A stretch of 64,000 nucleotides of DNA. Source: the human T2T-CHM13v2.0 reference genome, Homo sapiens. The translations under genes and the position numbers were made by a program. The stretch lies in NCBI RefSeq assembly GCF_009914755.1, contig NC_060936.1. One strand, 5' to 3'. Below are positions 47,410 to 61,191 of this stretch, piece by piece. The first letter of the stretch is position 1, and every line of letters starts with the position of its first letter. The notes below the pieces were generated by a model. That model saw only the letters and a list, made by a program, of their open reading frames with translations, ran no database searches and was not told the origin of the DNA.

Positions 47410-50112
47410 TTTCTTTAATTCTCCTTTTATTTTGGAAAAATTTGAACATATACAAAAGTGGAAATACTATAATGAACCACCACGTACCATTAATCAGCTT
47501 CAACACTATCAAGTCCAGTGTTTCCTTTCTCTGCCACTTCCAACTCGATTACTCTGAAGTAAATCCCACAGATATCACTTCATTCATAATTAAGTTATGT
47601 ACCCCTATAATGCAAACTCTTTCCTTTTATTTACCAATTTGAAAATAATGAATCTGTTCCCAAGTATCCTACAAAGATGATTACTGAGTTCTTTTAAGTA
47701 TTATTTTGAACTCGTTAAACATATCTGATGCAGGATGTGCAAACTGTCTATCTTTTGCCAACAGGAGCCTTTTCATGTTGCTTGAGTTCTTCTGACATGG
47801 CCCTAGTAATCCTTGCTAGCTTCCTTAATCTTTCATATGACCTTGTTGATGTGACCATGTTCCCACATTATTTGAACATTTCCTGACCCAGTTCTGGAAT
47901 CAACGACCTCTCCAAAGAGCCTGGAGTTCCTTTTAGAGAGAATGGTATGTAGACACAATCAACAAAATCTTCCTCCCATGCCCAACACCTCAGTTCTCAG
48001 TAACACCAACATAATTACTCATTTGCTTTATCCCCCAATACACACACAACCATCTCAAAATAACAGCAACAGTCTAGTAATAACATGTTTATTGAAAATA
48101 CTAACACTGTTACGTTCTTTTCATTCTCAGGGTATATTCCACTAGAGATGTATTGCCCTATGTTTTGAAGTCACCTAGAAGAGTTCTTAGTGTGGGTATA
48201 TGACTACATCAAGAGTTTTTTACTTTTGATGATTAGGGACTGCTTCTTAAAACTTATTTTAAAACTGATTTTAGTATCTTAAAATACTCACACAGTTCCG
48301 AAGTCACATTTACATAAACAAGGCATATTTGAAGTCCAGGTTTCATCCTTGACCCTCCTACTCTAGGCTCTTCCTTCTCCTAAAGGTAAGCATTTTCATT
48401 CTTTATCCTTTTCATCTTATTGGTATGAACACATGTGTGTCCCCTTCCAGGCAGTCTTCAGTAATGTCACATGTTCCCATGACACCTGTATTGTACTCTT
48501 ATCAGTCATTACATGGAATTTATCTTCCATAAGTATTATTTGGGGTCCTCCATGAGACTGTGAGCATGACCACTGGAGGGTTGCTTCCCATTATATCCAT
48601 ATTATCAAGCACAAGGTCAGGCACAGAGTAAGACTCAAACATGTTTTGGAATGTATGACTGGTATGAACTACAAACCAGTAAGCTGATGTTTTCATTTTG
48701 AGTCTATAAATCTAATGTTTATGGTGGCTTTGTGTATGGCTCAAGGCTCAAATTGTAAAACTTAACATTATGTGACCAAAGCAAGTTATACCCAGAACCT
48801 CAATTTCCTCACCTTCAAAACGGGGCAGAGTTTCTGACTTACTGGTCTACTCTCAGGATTTTAATTAGCTCATGCAAAAACAGCCCTTTATATAAGGTTA
48901 AGTGCTGGATAAATGTTGGCTACTATAATAAAATAAGCCTCTAAGATACTTGGTCAGCACAGGCACTACCCAAGAGTATGCACTGCAGATAAACTGACAA
49001 AATTGTGTATCTAAAACTGGCCAGATGAAAGAGAAACTTTTAAGGGGCCCTTCTGCATGCCCGACACTGTGCTAGGCACTCACACTATCCCGACCTGAGA
49101 AAAAGATCTGGGACCCAGAGGAACTTACCAAGCCTCCAGCATCTTGTGTAGCCCTACTCGTGGGACCATCTGGATACCCGCCTCCTCTTGTCTTTATAGG
49201 GAGCAGAACACACCTGATATATGTCAGGAAACAAAGTCCAGGAAGTATATTTTCACCTGAGGCAATCCTTGAAAATTGTAGGCTCCAGCCTCCAAAGTGA
49301 GTCTTCCTCTCAGTACCTCTCTTCTAGACACATTGAGACCTTTCTTCCAAGCATTAAGTTTAACCACTTAATGAATGAAGTCCTGAAACTGCTTAACCAT
49401 GCTCCCTATAATATCTGAATAATCTTCCTTTTCCGCAACCTCAGGCATAATCTCATCTTGTTTCTATTACAATTTCAAATTCTGGAAAAAGGAAGTTGTG
49501 GTCTGGAGTTGTAAGGTCCAAATGATCTGGTTGTGCACAAGCCTGCTTATGTCCCAATCTCCAGTCTAGGGTCTGATGCTCCTTGCTGCAGTAATACGCT
49601 TTGTGGCATCTGGAGCAAGTTTTGGGGCCTAAACAGCCACAAACACTGCAGAGATGAGCACCAGACTTAAGTTGGAGATACACCGATTCTCCTGTTTCTG
49701 GGGAAGGATTCTCAGAAGGTGGCTCATATGAGTAAAAATCATTTTTCCTGGGTAGCTGATTCCTAGAAACTCGCAGGGCGGCACAGCACGGCGGCTCGTG
49801 GCAGCAGAAGAGGAAGATGCCGCGGTGGAAGGCGTCTTCGCGGCCGGGCAGCGACGCGTACACCTGCCGCCGGAAGAAGAGCGACGGTCGCACAGCTCTC
49901 AGGCCGGGGGCCGGAGCCCCGGCAGCCCGGCCGCGCCCATCCACGCCCAGCCACGCCCAGCCACGTTGGCCGCCCGCCCAGCCTGCTGGGAAACTGCTCG
50001 CTGCGCATTCGCCCGCCCGCGCCGACTTGGCGATGGCCAGCTACACAGGTCCGGCGGGGGCGGCAGCCATGTGGGGCGCGGGCTGGCGTGGGGAGCAGCC
50101 CACAGCTGGGCC
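47410..50112 (-). pseudogene. PDCD2: PDCD2 retrocopy: spliced exons 1-3 plus ~2 kb of intron-3-derived 3'UTR; disrupted CDS 50070-49368
   Basis: [43 protein letters not shown] finger [38 protein letters not shown] are contiguous without introns; ends ...GSMVKQFQDFIH* like the short isoform; TSD TCCCATTGAA(T/C)TTT at 47396 and 50113. Symbol refers to the parent gene. Confidence 0.93.
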
Positions 50113-50335
50113 TCCCATTGAACTTTGATGTGTTTTTCTTTGGAAAACTTTCAACTCTCTTGTATTTTTCTCTCCAAGATACTCCAAGTATATTTTCACC
50201 TGTGAGGCAATATCTGAAAATTGTAGGCTACAGCCTCCAAAGTGAGTCTTCCTCTCAGTACCTCTCTTCTGGACACACTGAGCCCTTTCTTTAAACTCTG
50301 ATTTTTACTTTCTTGTCCGACTTGTTATAACATGA

Positions 50336-50724
<389 letters not shown>

Positions 50725-51634
50725 CAATGCACCTTCTTATTGGCAATATTGATAATCAAAATGCAAGGAGAATCTTTTAATTAAGTTGAATTTTATTTTT
50801 CACTCGGATTCTTAAATATTTCTGCTGAAGGAATTGCTAAGAGGCCACTTAGTACAGTAGACTATTATAAGTGAACTTGATGATTTTGGAGTAGGCTTTG
50901 AACTTAATGACAATAGCATTCCATTATTTTTTAGTTAATTCGTTCAATGAGAGCAAAGGACATTTAGAAACTTCATATTTTCATGTTGAGTTTTATGGTG
51001 AACAGCTAAGACAGCCACAGCTTGTCAATCAAGATCAGACACTAGAACGCCCTTATCTGTTTTGGAGTTAAGAGTTTTTATTCCCCTTTTAATAGACTGA
51101 AGGATAAATTTAAGGCACTTCTTTTTTTACTTAAAAGAAATGGAGCAATTTAGTTAAAACAATCAAAATAAACTTTTGAATGGTTAATCTTCATCTGAGA
51201 TCAGATAGTTCCCTTCAACTTCCAAATTCACAAAAGGCTCTGTGAGTCTGTCTTTGCATTTGCAAGCCATGGGAAACTTTGAATTTCACTTTTACCATTT
51301 AAAGGAGACCTGTGTGCAGTTCTTATCTAACTGGATCTTATTATTTGGTTTATATTTCTATTAAGTGACTTCCATTTCATGTACATGTGTACATATATAC
51401 ATACATATGTATATGTTTAATTGCCTTTCAGAATTAGGATAAACTATGTTACTTTACAAATTATTATGTGTACCTGAAGTGTTGCTTTTTGGAGGAGTCT
51501 CAAGGATTTTTCTCAGGCTATCATATTGTTTGTGTGGCTTTGCTCATTAAATAGTTATTTGTTTTGGAGGAGGTGACATTGGTGTAAACTAAGCCCTGTG
51601 ACAACCATTAGAAATAAGGTTCCTACTTGGGGTT

Positions 51635-52435
51635 ATTTATTTTTTTTACTGTGGCAAAATTTGCCTGACATTAAATTGACCATGTTAAAGAGTACAATCA
51701 GTGGTACTGAGTGCATTCACAATGCTGTACAATAAACACCTCTATCTAGTTTCACAACATTTTAATAAGCCCCAAAGGAGACCTCCATACCCATTAGAAG
51801 TCATTCCCCATTTCCCTCATCCCCAGGCTCTGGCAACCACTAATCTGCTTTCTGCCTCTGTGGATTTACCTACTTTGGATATTCCATGTAAATGGAATAA
51901 TACAGCATGTATTATTTTTTGAATGGCTTTTAAAAAAATAGTATGATTTCCAGGTTTATCCACATTGTAGCATGTACTAGTAATTACAATGGACTGAATG
52001 TTTCTGTTACCCCCAAACTCATATGTTGAATCCTAACCTTCAACGTGATGGTATTAGGAGATGGAGCCCTGGGTATGCAATTAGGCATGAGGGCAGACTC
52101 CTCATGAATGGGATTAGTACCCTTATAAAAGGGACCCTAGAGAGCTCTGGCATCCTCTTTCCACCATGTGAGGGCATAGTGAGAAGTCAGCAGTCTGAAA
52201 TCCTGAAGAGGCTACTAACCAGAACCTGACCATACTGGCACCCTGGTCTAGGATTTCCAGCCTCCAGAACAGTGAGAAATAAATTTCAATTGTTTGTAAG
52301 CCACCTAGTCTATGGTATTTTGTGATAACAGCCCAAACTAAGACAGTACTTCATTCCTTTTTATGGCTGAGTAATATTCCACTGAATGCATAGACCACGT
52401 TTTGTTTATTCAGTCTTGCAATGATGGATTGTGGA
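51635..52435 (-). mobile_element. L1MB 3' fragment interrupted by an MLT1A-like LTR (~51983-52345, +)
   Basis: GGCAACCACTAATCTGCTTTCTG L1MB motif; GGACTGAATGTTT...CCAGCCTCCAGAAC...CTAAGACA. Confidence 0.8.
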
Positions 52436-55400
52436 TAGTGGATAGTCTCATGTTCCCTCTAGATAGCTCTGGGCCTGGGAGCTCTCAGAAGGATATCTGT
52501 GGGAGCAGAACCTGTCTTGTGAGTCAAAAACTTAGGTTTCCCCTTCTTTTCTTTTTTCCTCGGTTTCTGTTCCTTGCTTAGTTACTGCCTAGGCTTGGCA
52601 TCAGCAGCTGCTAGAAATCTGAACCACTATCCACGTTGCCAGGAAGTGTACAAATTTGCCTTATAGGGATGACTGCCCTTTTGATATCTACCTTATAATT
52701 TTGGTGTAATAATTAATATTTGGATAAGGACGATAAGTTTTTCATGTTACAGATGACCACCCAGGTGAGAAAAGCTGCTTTTGAGTGTTTTTCTGTCATG
52801 TTTTTTGAGCAGTAAATCTTAATTCACTTCAGTCAGTATTCTAAGTGTGTAATAATGACCCTTGGTGGTCTCCTTCTTACTCTCCTAGACCCAGCTCAAA
52901 TATTACTTATTCTGATTCCCTGAGACGAGGAAGTCATCTTTTGGGCTCTCTTAGGAACCTGTCTGTACCACTAGTTCCCCATTTCTGGTTAAGCATGTGT
53001 CTGTGTCTGTATGTGTGTGCGTGTGTGTGTACATGCGCACATGTGGAGATTGCACAATAATCAATATATGTTATTTTAAACTGATAAATTTGTGGTAATT
53101 TGCTACACGATCATCTGTAGCAATTACATTAAATAACCTGTGAAAGGCTGCCCAACTCCTCAGTGATGGAGCTGTGAAGAATGAGAAGAGGGAACCAACA
53201 TACTTCTTGGAAGATTCTCAGCCACAGGAACTGAAAGGCAAAGGATTTTCTGATTAGTACTCAAATAACTGGAAAATTCAATTAATCAGAGCCTCATTCC
53301 AGGCCCTAAGATTCATCAGGAGTTTCTGGATTTGAAATCATAGTTTCTGTAGCAATTGGGACAAACACTGGGGCTACCTTGATGCAGCTGAGAAGTACAG
53401 TGACTGCAGAGCTGGGGGAAGAAAGTTCTACATCAGATGCATGCAAAGAGCTGATTCAGAACAGCTTAGCTTTTCCATTTTGGAAATGTGGTTGGGGTTT
53501 CTTATTGAGGAGCAGCTATCTGACTTTGTGCCTCTGCTATATTTCTCTCCATTGAACCACATGGGCTGAAAAATTACATCTCTGGGCTATGACCTATTCC
53601 TTTTAACAACAAAGAATGACTCTGTGCAGGTGGCCACCACCACCACTACCAAGGTTACAATAGCAGCTCACAGTCATTTCAACCTTTCCTGAATCTGACA
53701 CAGAGCCCACCTATGAGAGCCATGGAATATATGGGCAGGCTCATAATTTGGCACCCTTTAGTCATCATTCTGCAATATTTACTTGTCATGTATTTATTGG
53801 AGGTCAGGAAAATGAAATTGCTATTAATATACTCATACACCTTTTTCAGACTTAGAACTTGGATTAGATTCTTCACACAAAACAGGAAAGGAGAAAAAGT
53901 AGGAAAGGAGAAAAATAGGAAAGGAGAAAGAGTTGATTCTAGTCACTCACACCCAGCAGCCAACACAGAGTCAACGACCTGAAAGTATGGGGCAAAATAT
54001 TCTCTCCTTTTCTCTACTCCATTTCCTCACTTCACTTTTCCTTTGCAGCTTCTTAGGAAACAGATTAAAGGATCAACATTTGGATCATGAAATAAACCAC
54101 ATTTCCAGGAGAAAGCTCTGTATTATGGCTGAGTGCAGTGCAAATCCTCAACAGACAAGAGTTGTTGTTGTCTGTTGTCTCAGCACACTAGTGATGAGAG
54201 TCTTCCATTTTTTCACTCATGTTTGCTGTTTTGTCTGGAAGAGGTGTCTGATTTGCATTGTGCCAGTTCTGAGTGTGTGCAAACCTGAGATAACTGGCTA
54301 CGCATTGCCAGTCTAGTCTAGGGCTAGATTTTGTGCTCCCTGCCTGAGTGGCCTATGTCTTAACCTTGTCAGTCTCTGCTGAGCACTTTGAAGAAGGCAC
54401 CTCATGTTTTCCTCCCTACCACTCTCTGAGGCAGGTACTGTTGTTGACCCCATTGCCCAAGCTCACTCAGCCATTAAATGGCAGTGCTGAGATTTGAACC
54501 CAGCACAGCCTGCCCCAGAGCCTGTGCTCTGGGATTCAGCACTAGGATTCAGCACTTCCTAGGAGCTCATTTAGTGTTGTTGAGGGGTGGCCACATCAAA
54601 GGTAAACCCCAGTGTAGCCAGTATGAAAGCAAATGTGAGCTGCTTTGTTGGGAGAAGCAAGGCAGGGAAGGTGTGGGGAGGTATACATGCGCCTGAGCCT
54701 CTGTCACAAGTGACAGACTCCCTAGAGGCTAAAGAACCAAGACTTTGGCATATCTCAGATTTGGACAATACTCATTTGTTTTTATACATTCAATTCATTC
54801 ATTCATTCAATAGGTATTTATCAGGAGCTCAGAGAGCTCTGTGGAGGGTCCCACTGACTCAAACTCCTTCTTCCTTCTCTGAAAATGTCCCTTTACCACC
54901 TGGCTGCTTCCTCCTTCTTTTGATATCCAGCTCCAATTTCAACTTCCCCAGCCTTGGTTAGTGTTCCCTCTAGCGTGTATTTCTTAAGTTCTCATTATTG
55001 GTTCTTCATCCATTTGTCTCACTAGATTGTAATTGCCCCGAGAAAAAGACTTGCCTTTCAGCTCTCTATGCTCAGTGCCCAGCATAGAGGTCTAGCACAG
55101 AATCATCACTCGATACATGTTTTAATAAACTGATATAAAGCACTTGCCTTTTTCTACCATGTGTAAGATGACTTTCCTGAGTGGCGACATGGTTTACAAG
55201 GGTTGCATTTTTAGCACTTGGGTGGGGTGGAGACACAGCTTGGGCCTCGGGGTCAGCCCAACTTGTGGTAGAATTGTAGCCCTTGTGGTTTAGACTAGAA
55301 TCCAGCTTATCTTCTGTACCCAAGACCTGTTATTAATTACTTGGGTGACTTCAGGCAAATTACCTGAGATCTTTATCCCTGTCCATCACTTGTGAATGCG

Positions 55401-55629
55401 CACTTTATAGGGTGGGTATGAACTTTTTACCCTTATTTTAGTTAAAATATCATGAATTTTGTAGTCTCTTTCTGCAAACAGCCCTCCATGCTAAATCTTG
55501 AAAAAAGGAAGATACATACTTAGAGGTACTCTGCTTCTTTTAGGCAGAAGTTGATTCTTTTAAGATGAAAAGAATTAATCTGAACTATGTCACATTCTAG
55601 ACTTAGGATTAAGCTTTTTTCCTTCCCTT

Positions 55630-56040
55630 TTTAAAAGATTTTTAAACATTTCCAACTTTGAAGTTCAGCGGTGCCTGTGCAGGATGTGCAGGTTTGTTAC
55701 GTAGGTAAACCTATGCCATGTGCCACAGTGGTTTGCAGCACACATCATCCCATCACCTAGGGATCCATTGGCCATACTTCCTGATGCTCTCCCTCCTCCC
55801 ACTCCCCACCCTCCGACAGGCCCCACTGTGTTGTTCCCTTCCATGTGTCCATGTGTTCACATCATTTAGTTCCCACTTATAAGCCAGAACAGGTGGTATT
55901 TGCTTTTCTGTTCCTGCGTTTGTTTGCTGAGGATAATGGCCTCCAGCGCCCTCCACATCCCTGCATAGGACATGATCTCATTCCTTTTTATGACTGCCTA
56001 GTATTCCATGGTGTATATGTAGCACATATTCTTTATCCAG
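55630..56040 (-). mobile_element. L1PA (older) 3' end
   Basis: GTGCAGGATGTGCAGGTTTGTTAC...TTCCCACTTATAAG...GTATTCCATGGTGTATATGT. Confidence 0.9.
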
Positions 56041-56671
56041 TTAGACTTAATTTTCTATTGATTACAGAAGAGAGTTTTCTTCCTTGTTTGCCCCAGGCCA
56101 GGAGACTTGATGCTGGGCCTATGTTCTCTAGGTAAGATATATGTGTAAGTGATTTGTCCAAGTTTGAATTAAAAGCAAAAATGTTTGAAAAAGCAATCCA
56201 CATTAAAAAAGACTAAACGTGTAGAGTCTGGACTTCTAGGGATGATCCAGTCTACTCCAAGTCAGAGACCTGTGCTTACAGGCAGGGATGAGTCCCCCGC
56301 CTGTGCCTTCCCTGGGGCCACTTGATCCTGGGCTTAAACCCAAACCATCCCTTAAACCCCAAACACTATTTAATACTGAGTCCTTTTAGCCATTGAGCTG
56401 TGCTGCTTTCCACACCCCATTAGGTAGGTTACAGGAAATTTTAATCCGTTAAATCTGTCACTGCTCATGTAAGTCAATACTCTCTTCACACTTGATTTAT
56501 GGAGCAGAGACATGAGAATTCTTATTGTACAGAAGCAATAACAAAGCTTTATTATAAGTTACACAGAAGACACACAAGGGTTCTGGGGGAAAAAACGGGA
56601 GAGGAGAGTCAACTGTAGGCAGCAGGGAGTATCCCACCTGCTTCAGGACTGGAGTGAAATAAACCAAGGGC

Positions 56672-56894
56672 CCTCTGTCTATTGCTATGAGGACTCTGAC
56701 CACTGGGATAAGACAATTGAAGAGCCTCACACCACCTACTTTCAGACTAAATCTTCAGGGAAGGGGTGGGACTGGAATGCTACCTCTGTCTATTGCTATG
56801 AGGACTCTGACCACTGGGATAGGACAATTTAAGAGCCTCAAACTACCTACTTTCAGACTAAAGCTTCGAGGGAAGGGGTGGGACTGGAATGCTA
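56672..56894. repeat. Two-copy ~111-bp tandem duplication
   Basis: CCTCTGTCTATTGCTATGAGGACTCTGACC...GGACTGGAATGCTA starts at 56672 and 56783. Confidence 0.93.
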
Positions 56895-57299
56895 TATCTC
56901 TAGCCCTCCAGGATGGCAGAGGTAGGGGCTAGCCTTGCATTTCCCAACTAAACAGGCTCACACAAAGTCCAGCCTGGGGGGATGGGTGGGCACTGGCTCC
57001 AGGAAGTTCTCCTCTCAGACCAGCATTTCCCTCTTGGACCCCAAGGGAGTGGAACCCAACCTGGAGGAGGAAGGCCCTGCAGAACCCTGGACAGGGGATG
57101 AGGGAGACCTAAAGGTGAGGTTCTGCCTTTCTGTGCCCACATGGGAAGTACGGTTCCTAGGGTCAGAGGCTGGCGCAGGCATGCACCTAGGGGCAGCCTT
57201 GCTTGCAAGTGGTATTAGGCCCCCAACTTGAAATGTGGGGTTTCTGCTTGGGTAGCCCTCTAGGGATGTGGCTTAAAAAGCATGGGCAACAGTGCCTGC

Positions 57300-59221
57300 G
57301 AACAATTATTCCTGGCGCTGGGTCCCATGGTTTGGGTGCTCTGGCTACAGGGACTACTGCTGTTCAGGCCCAAGCTTCCCCCACGAAGTGTGTGGTGCTT
57401 GGGACCCCTCTCTTTTTTGCTGCAGTGCTCTGTATCTGCCTGATGATGAGGAGGGAGCAGGGTCAGCAAGGCTGAGACCAGGAAGTATGAAGAGGTGACT
57501 GGATGGAGCTCTAAGGGGGAGAACAGGGGCCCTGGTGAGCTGTGCTTCCTCCCAGACACAGGAGGCATAGAGGTAGCCACTGCAGCAGATTCCAGGAGGG
57601 CTACTGGGCCTGGGCAGTCTTGCGTCCTGCGTCCCTCCTCCTGTGCATTAGTCCCAGAGGGTGGAGGGGGTCTGGAGAGGCAGTGGGCAGAGGAGCCATT
57701 GCTGCCGCAGGTGGTGGCAAAATATGGGAAGGCTGCAAGGCTCCCCAGTCCCGGATGGCCTTGGCCTCACCCCACAATGCACTTTTGATGCATAGCAGCA
57801 CTGTTTCCTTCTCCAGGTCCAGGTCTTCAGCCGTGAGTCGGAACCCCAGCTGGGAGGGAGGTACAGCGTCAGAGGCTCCCCTCGCCTGCATGGCAGCAGA
57901 GGAAACTTGCATCGAAGGGGCCAGTACTGTGGATGCGAGGGAGCCATTCTTGGAGGTGAGTTTCTGCCCTTGTGTTGCATCTGCTGCCTTTTCACTCCAG
58001 ATCTTCCTCTGGGAAACCTCTGTAGCCAAAGAGGGAGACCAGGGTCCCTCCTCACTCACTGTCTTTGAGCTCCGGAGGGGCAGCCGGGAGAGGAATGAGG
58101 CTGGCCCCCTCCTCCTCTTCAGTGGCGGGAAACCTCCTGTGGTGCTGTGTGAGCTGGAGACAGCATTTTGGGGGCAGGAGCTCACCTAGAAAGGCTGGGA
58201 TTTCTTGTTCAATCTGACTTCTGATTTCTGGGCATGGAGGTCTCTCTGCAGAGGCCCAGACTTGGGCACGACAGAAGAGAGGCCTCCATTGACCCTCAAG
58301 GACCTAAATGTGATCTGTGCACCCCCAGTATCATCAGGCCCCTTTCTCTAATTATCGAGAACCTCTGTGACTCCAAGGTCCTTGTCCTGCTCAGGTATCC
58401 ATTTCCTCAGGGTCCATTTGAGGGCCCTCAGAGGGCCTTCAAAACCAAAAACAAAACACAGGGTCTGCAGTATCTTAGGATGTTGTCTCCAAGAGGCTCT
58501 AAGAAAAGCCAGTGTAAAGTCACTGAATTCTTGGAGTTGGTCCAGGACCAAGGGTAAGTGCAGAAGCCGGGGCAGCCAAGGAACGGGCCAAGGGCAGGCA
58601 GCCAGCTGCCCTGCCAGCCCCCTGCAGGGGGCGCTGTGGAGCAAAGCTTTCACGGGTAACGGGCAAAGGGGAGCAGTAGTGTCAAGTCAGGTCTTGGCAG
58701 CACAGCGAGGTTGGCGAGTTCTCCTTGGCTGCCAACTCAGCCAAAGGCTCATCCTGCACTGTTGGGCCTGTTGCTGGGATGCACCTTTGGAATGTGTGAG
58801 CCAAGAATGGGCGCGCATGCTCATGGAACCCGCAAGGAAGGCGCACCGGGGAGGAAAGGGAGGGGGCAGAGATCACCCTAGGAATGTGCACAGGGGGCAG
58901 CTGCCGGTGGAGGTGTTTGGTATGAGGGAGACAGGCTCATGGGGAAATGCAGCTGGCCCTCCCGCACTGGGGCCCCAGCGCTGACAGGGGACGGCGTAGG
59001 ACGGGGATCCCTTGGGCTAGGAGGGCGAGAACTGCTGCGCCATCAGGTGGCAGCTTTGGGGTCAGCACCCTCGAGATGTCCTGCCCTTTCTCCAGCGGAA
59101 TTGGGAAGAGCCCCTCAAGGGCTAAACAGATTCTGACGGGGTCTCTTGTGGTGGGGAGGACAGGTGGAGAGAGACATGCTTCCCTTATAACCCAGCAATC
59201 CTGTTCCATGTATTTGCCCAA
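57300..59221 (-). pseudogene. POM121-like (POM121L family) intronless pseudogene; 3' limit approximate
   Basis: VNGGLSSVVPKSGPLQRDLHAQKSEVRLNKKSQ, NAVSSSHSTTGGFPPLKRRRGPAS, LLPCRRGEPL, QLGFRLTAEDLDLEKETVL match POM121/POM121L motifs across several frames, with stops. Possible AATAAA (minus) at 56548-56553. Confidence 0.85.
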
Positions 59222-60243
59222 GAGAAATGAAAACTTCTGGGTGGATGTTTATTCACCCATAACCTGTATGTAGATGGTTTTGGTTGCATTAGTCTTATCT
59301 CCTTGACATAGGACTTTTCATTTTATCCATTTTGTCTTGAATGTGTATGGAATTATTTTTAGGTGGTTGTTCTGGGGATTAGAATATTTATGCCACACTT
59401 TTCAGTCTAATAAGAGGTGTATCTTACCAACTCGAGTAATATGTGAAAGCCTAACAGTCATATACATTCATGTGGCTCTTTATGTTATGGTTGTCATATG
59501 TATTCCATCTACAAGCCTTGAAGCCCCACATCCCTTTCAAATGATGATATGTTTTCATGGTTTGGAAGCAGCTCATCCTGGAAGCGCAGAACCTGCCAGG
59601 CATCTTGCACTTCCTCCTCCCAGTCCCCCTAGGGTTAAAGGCTGCACTCTAAGAAGGCACTAGCCTGTCCCCAGGAGTCTATCCAGATCCCTGGAGGGCT
59701 CCATTTCTGCAGGACGAGGCTACCCCTTGGAATAAATCCTCTCTGCTTCTGCCCAGCCCTGTAAGGGGCACCTTCCATTCTTTCTCCAGCAGGCTTTCCT
59801 CTGCTGACAGGGAAGGAGACAGTGTGGGGCAGAGAGGGATTTATCCTCTTCTCCTTGGGCTGAGGAGAGGGCTGGGAAGTCCTCCAGGCAGCATCTAACT
59901 TCCTCACTCTTTGGGCTGCTGTAAGTGGCCTTCCAGGTCCTTCCTGCTATTTTCATGTTCAAAAATTGAAATTTGAGTTTTCTGAGCTGGAATTTCCTCT
60001 GTTTAAGGCTGCTAGGAAAAATGGCTGCCAGGGGTCCTGTAAAGCAAAGCTTGCTTGGAGAATGGGCGAAGATGTATGTGTAAGTGATTTGCTCAAGATT
60101 ATGCAACCTCCCTGGGCATAGCCCCCACTTCCTTGGGAATTTCCTAGCATGTCCTGGAACGGGCCTCCATCATTCCCCATTTCCTGCTGCATGAGGAGAC
60201 ATTGCCCCCTACATGAACTAGATAGTGTAATATCTGCCCCTGG

Positions 60244-61191
60244 TGTGTCCGGAATTGGTTCCTTCTGGTGGGTTCTTGGTCTGCTGACTTCTAGAATGAA
60301 GCCACGGACCCTCGTGGTGAGTGTTACAGTTCTTAAAGATGGTGTGTCCGGAGTTTGTTCCTTCAGATGTTCAGATGTATCCGGAGTTTCTTCCTTCCAG
60401 TGGGTTCGTGGTCTCGCTGAGTTCAGGAGTGAAGTCGCAGACCTTCACAGTGAGTGTTATAGCTCTTAAAGGTGAGGCATCCAGAGTTGTTTGTTTCTCC
60501 CGGTGGGTTCGTGGTCTCGCAGACTTCAGGAATGAAACCACAGACCCTGCGGTGAGTGTTATAGCTCATAAAGGTAGTGCAGACCCAAACAGTGAGCAGC
60601 AGCAAGATTTACTGTGAAGAGTGAAAGAACAAAGCTTCCACAGCGTGGAAGGGGACCCAAGTGGGTTGCCGGGCTGGCTCGGGTGGCCAGCTTTTATTCC
60701 CTTATTTGGCCCCACCCACGTCCTGCTGATTGCTCCATTTTACAGAGCGCTGATTCGTCCATTTAAAGAGTGCTGATTGGTCTGTTTTACAGAGTGCTGA
60801 TTGGTGCATTTACAAACCTTTAGCTAGACCACAGGGTGCTGATTGGTGTGTTTTTACAGAGTGCTGATTGGTGCGTTTACAAACCTTTAGCTAGACATAG
60901 AGTGCTGATTGGTGTGTTTTTACAGAGTGCTGATTGGTGCGTTTACAAACTTTTAGCTAGACCACAGGGTGTTGATTGGTGTGTTTTTACAGAGTGCTGA
61001 TTGGTGCGTTTACAAACCTTTAGCTAGACACAGCGCTGATTGGTGTGTTTTTACAGAGTGCTGATTGGTGCGTTTACAAACCTTTAGCTAGACACAGAGT
61101 GCTGATTGGTGCATTTACAATCCTCTAACTAGACAGAAAAGTTCTCCAAGTCCCCACTCCACCCAGGAAGTCCAGGTGGCTTCACCTCTCA
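60244..61191 (-). mobile_element. Solo ERV9 LTR (LTR12 family, LTR12F/LTR12_-like)
   Basis: rc begins TGAGAGGTGAAGCC and ends AATTCCGGACACA; 11 CCAATC boxes at 60775-61109; imperfect TSD CTGG/CTGA. Confidence 0.95.

Noticed and set aside
49243-50291. The 105-bp direct repeat as the TSD of the PDCD2 retrocopy
   Set aside because: No tail next to it; a better 14-bp TSD with tail and poly(A) signal exists at 47396/50113.
57542-58984. Plus-strand ORFs of 215 and 205 aa
   Set aside because: Antisense shadows of the GC-rich POM121L pseudogene with no recognisable homology.
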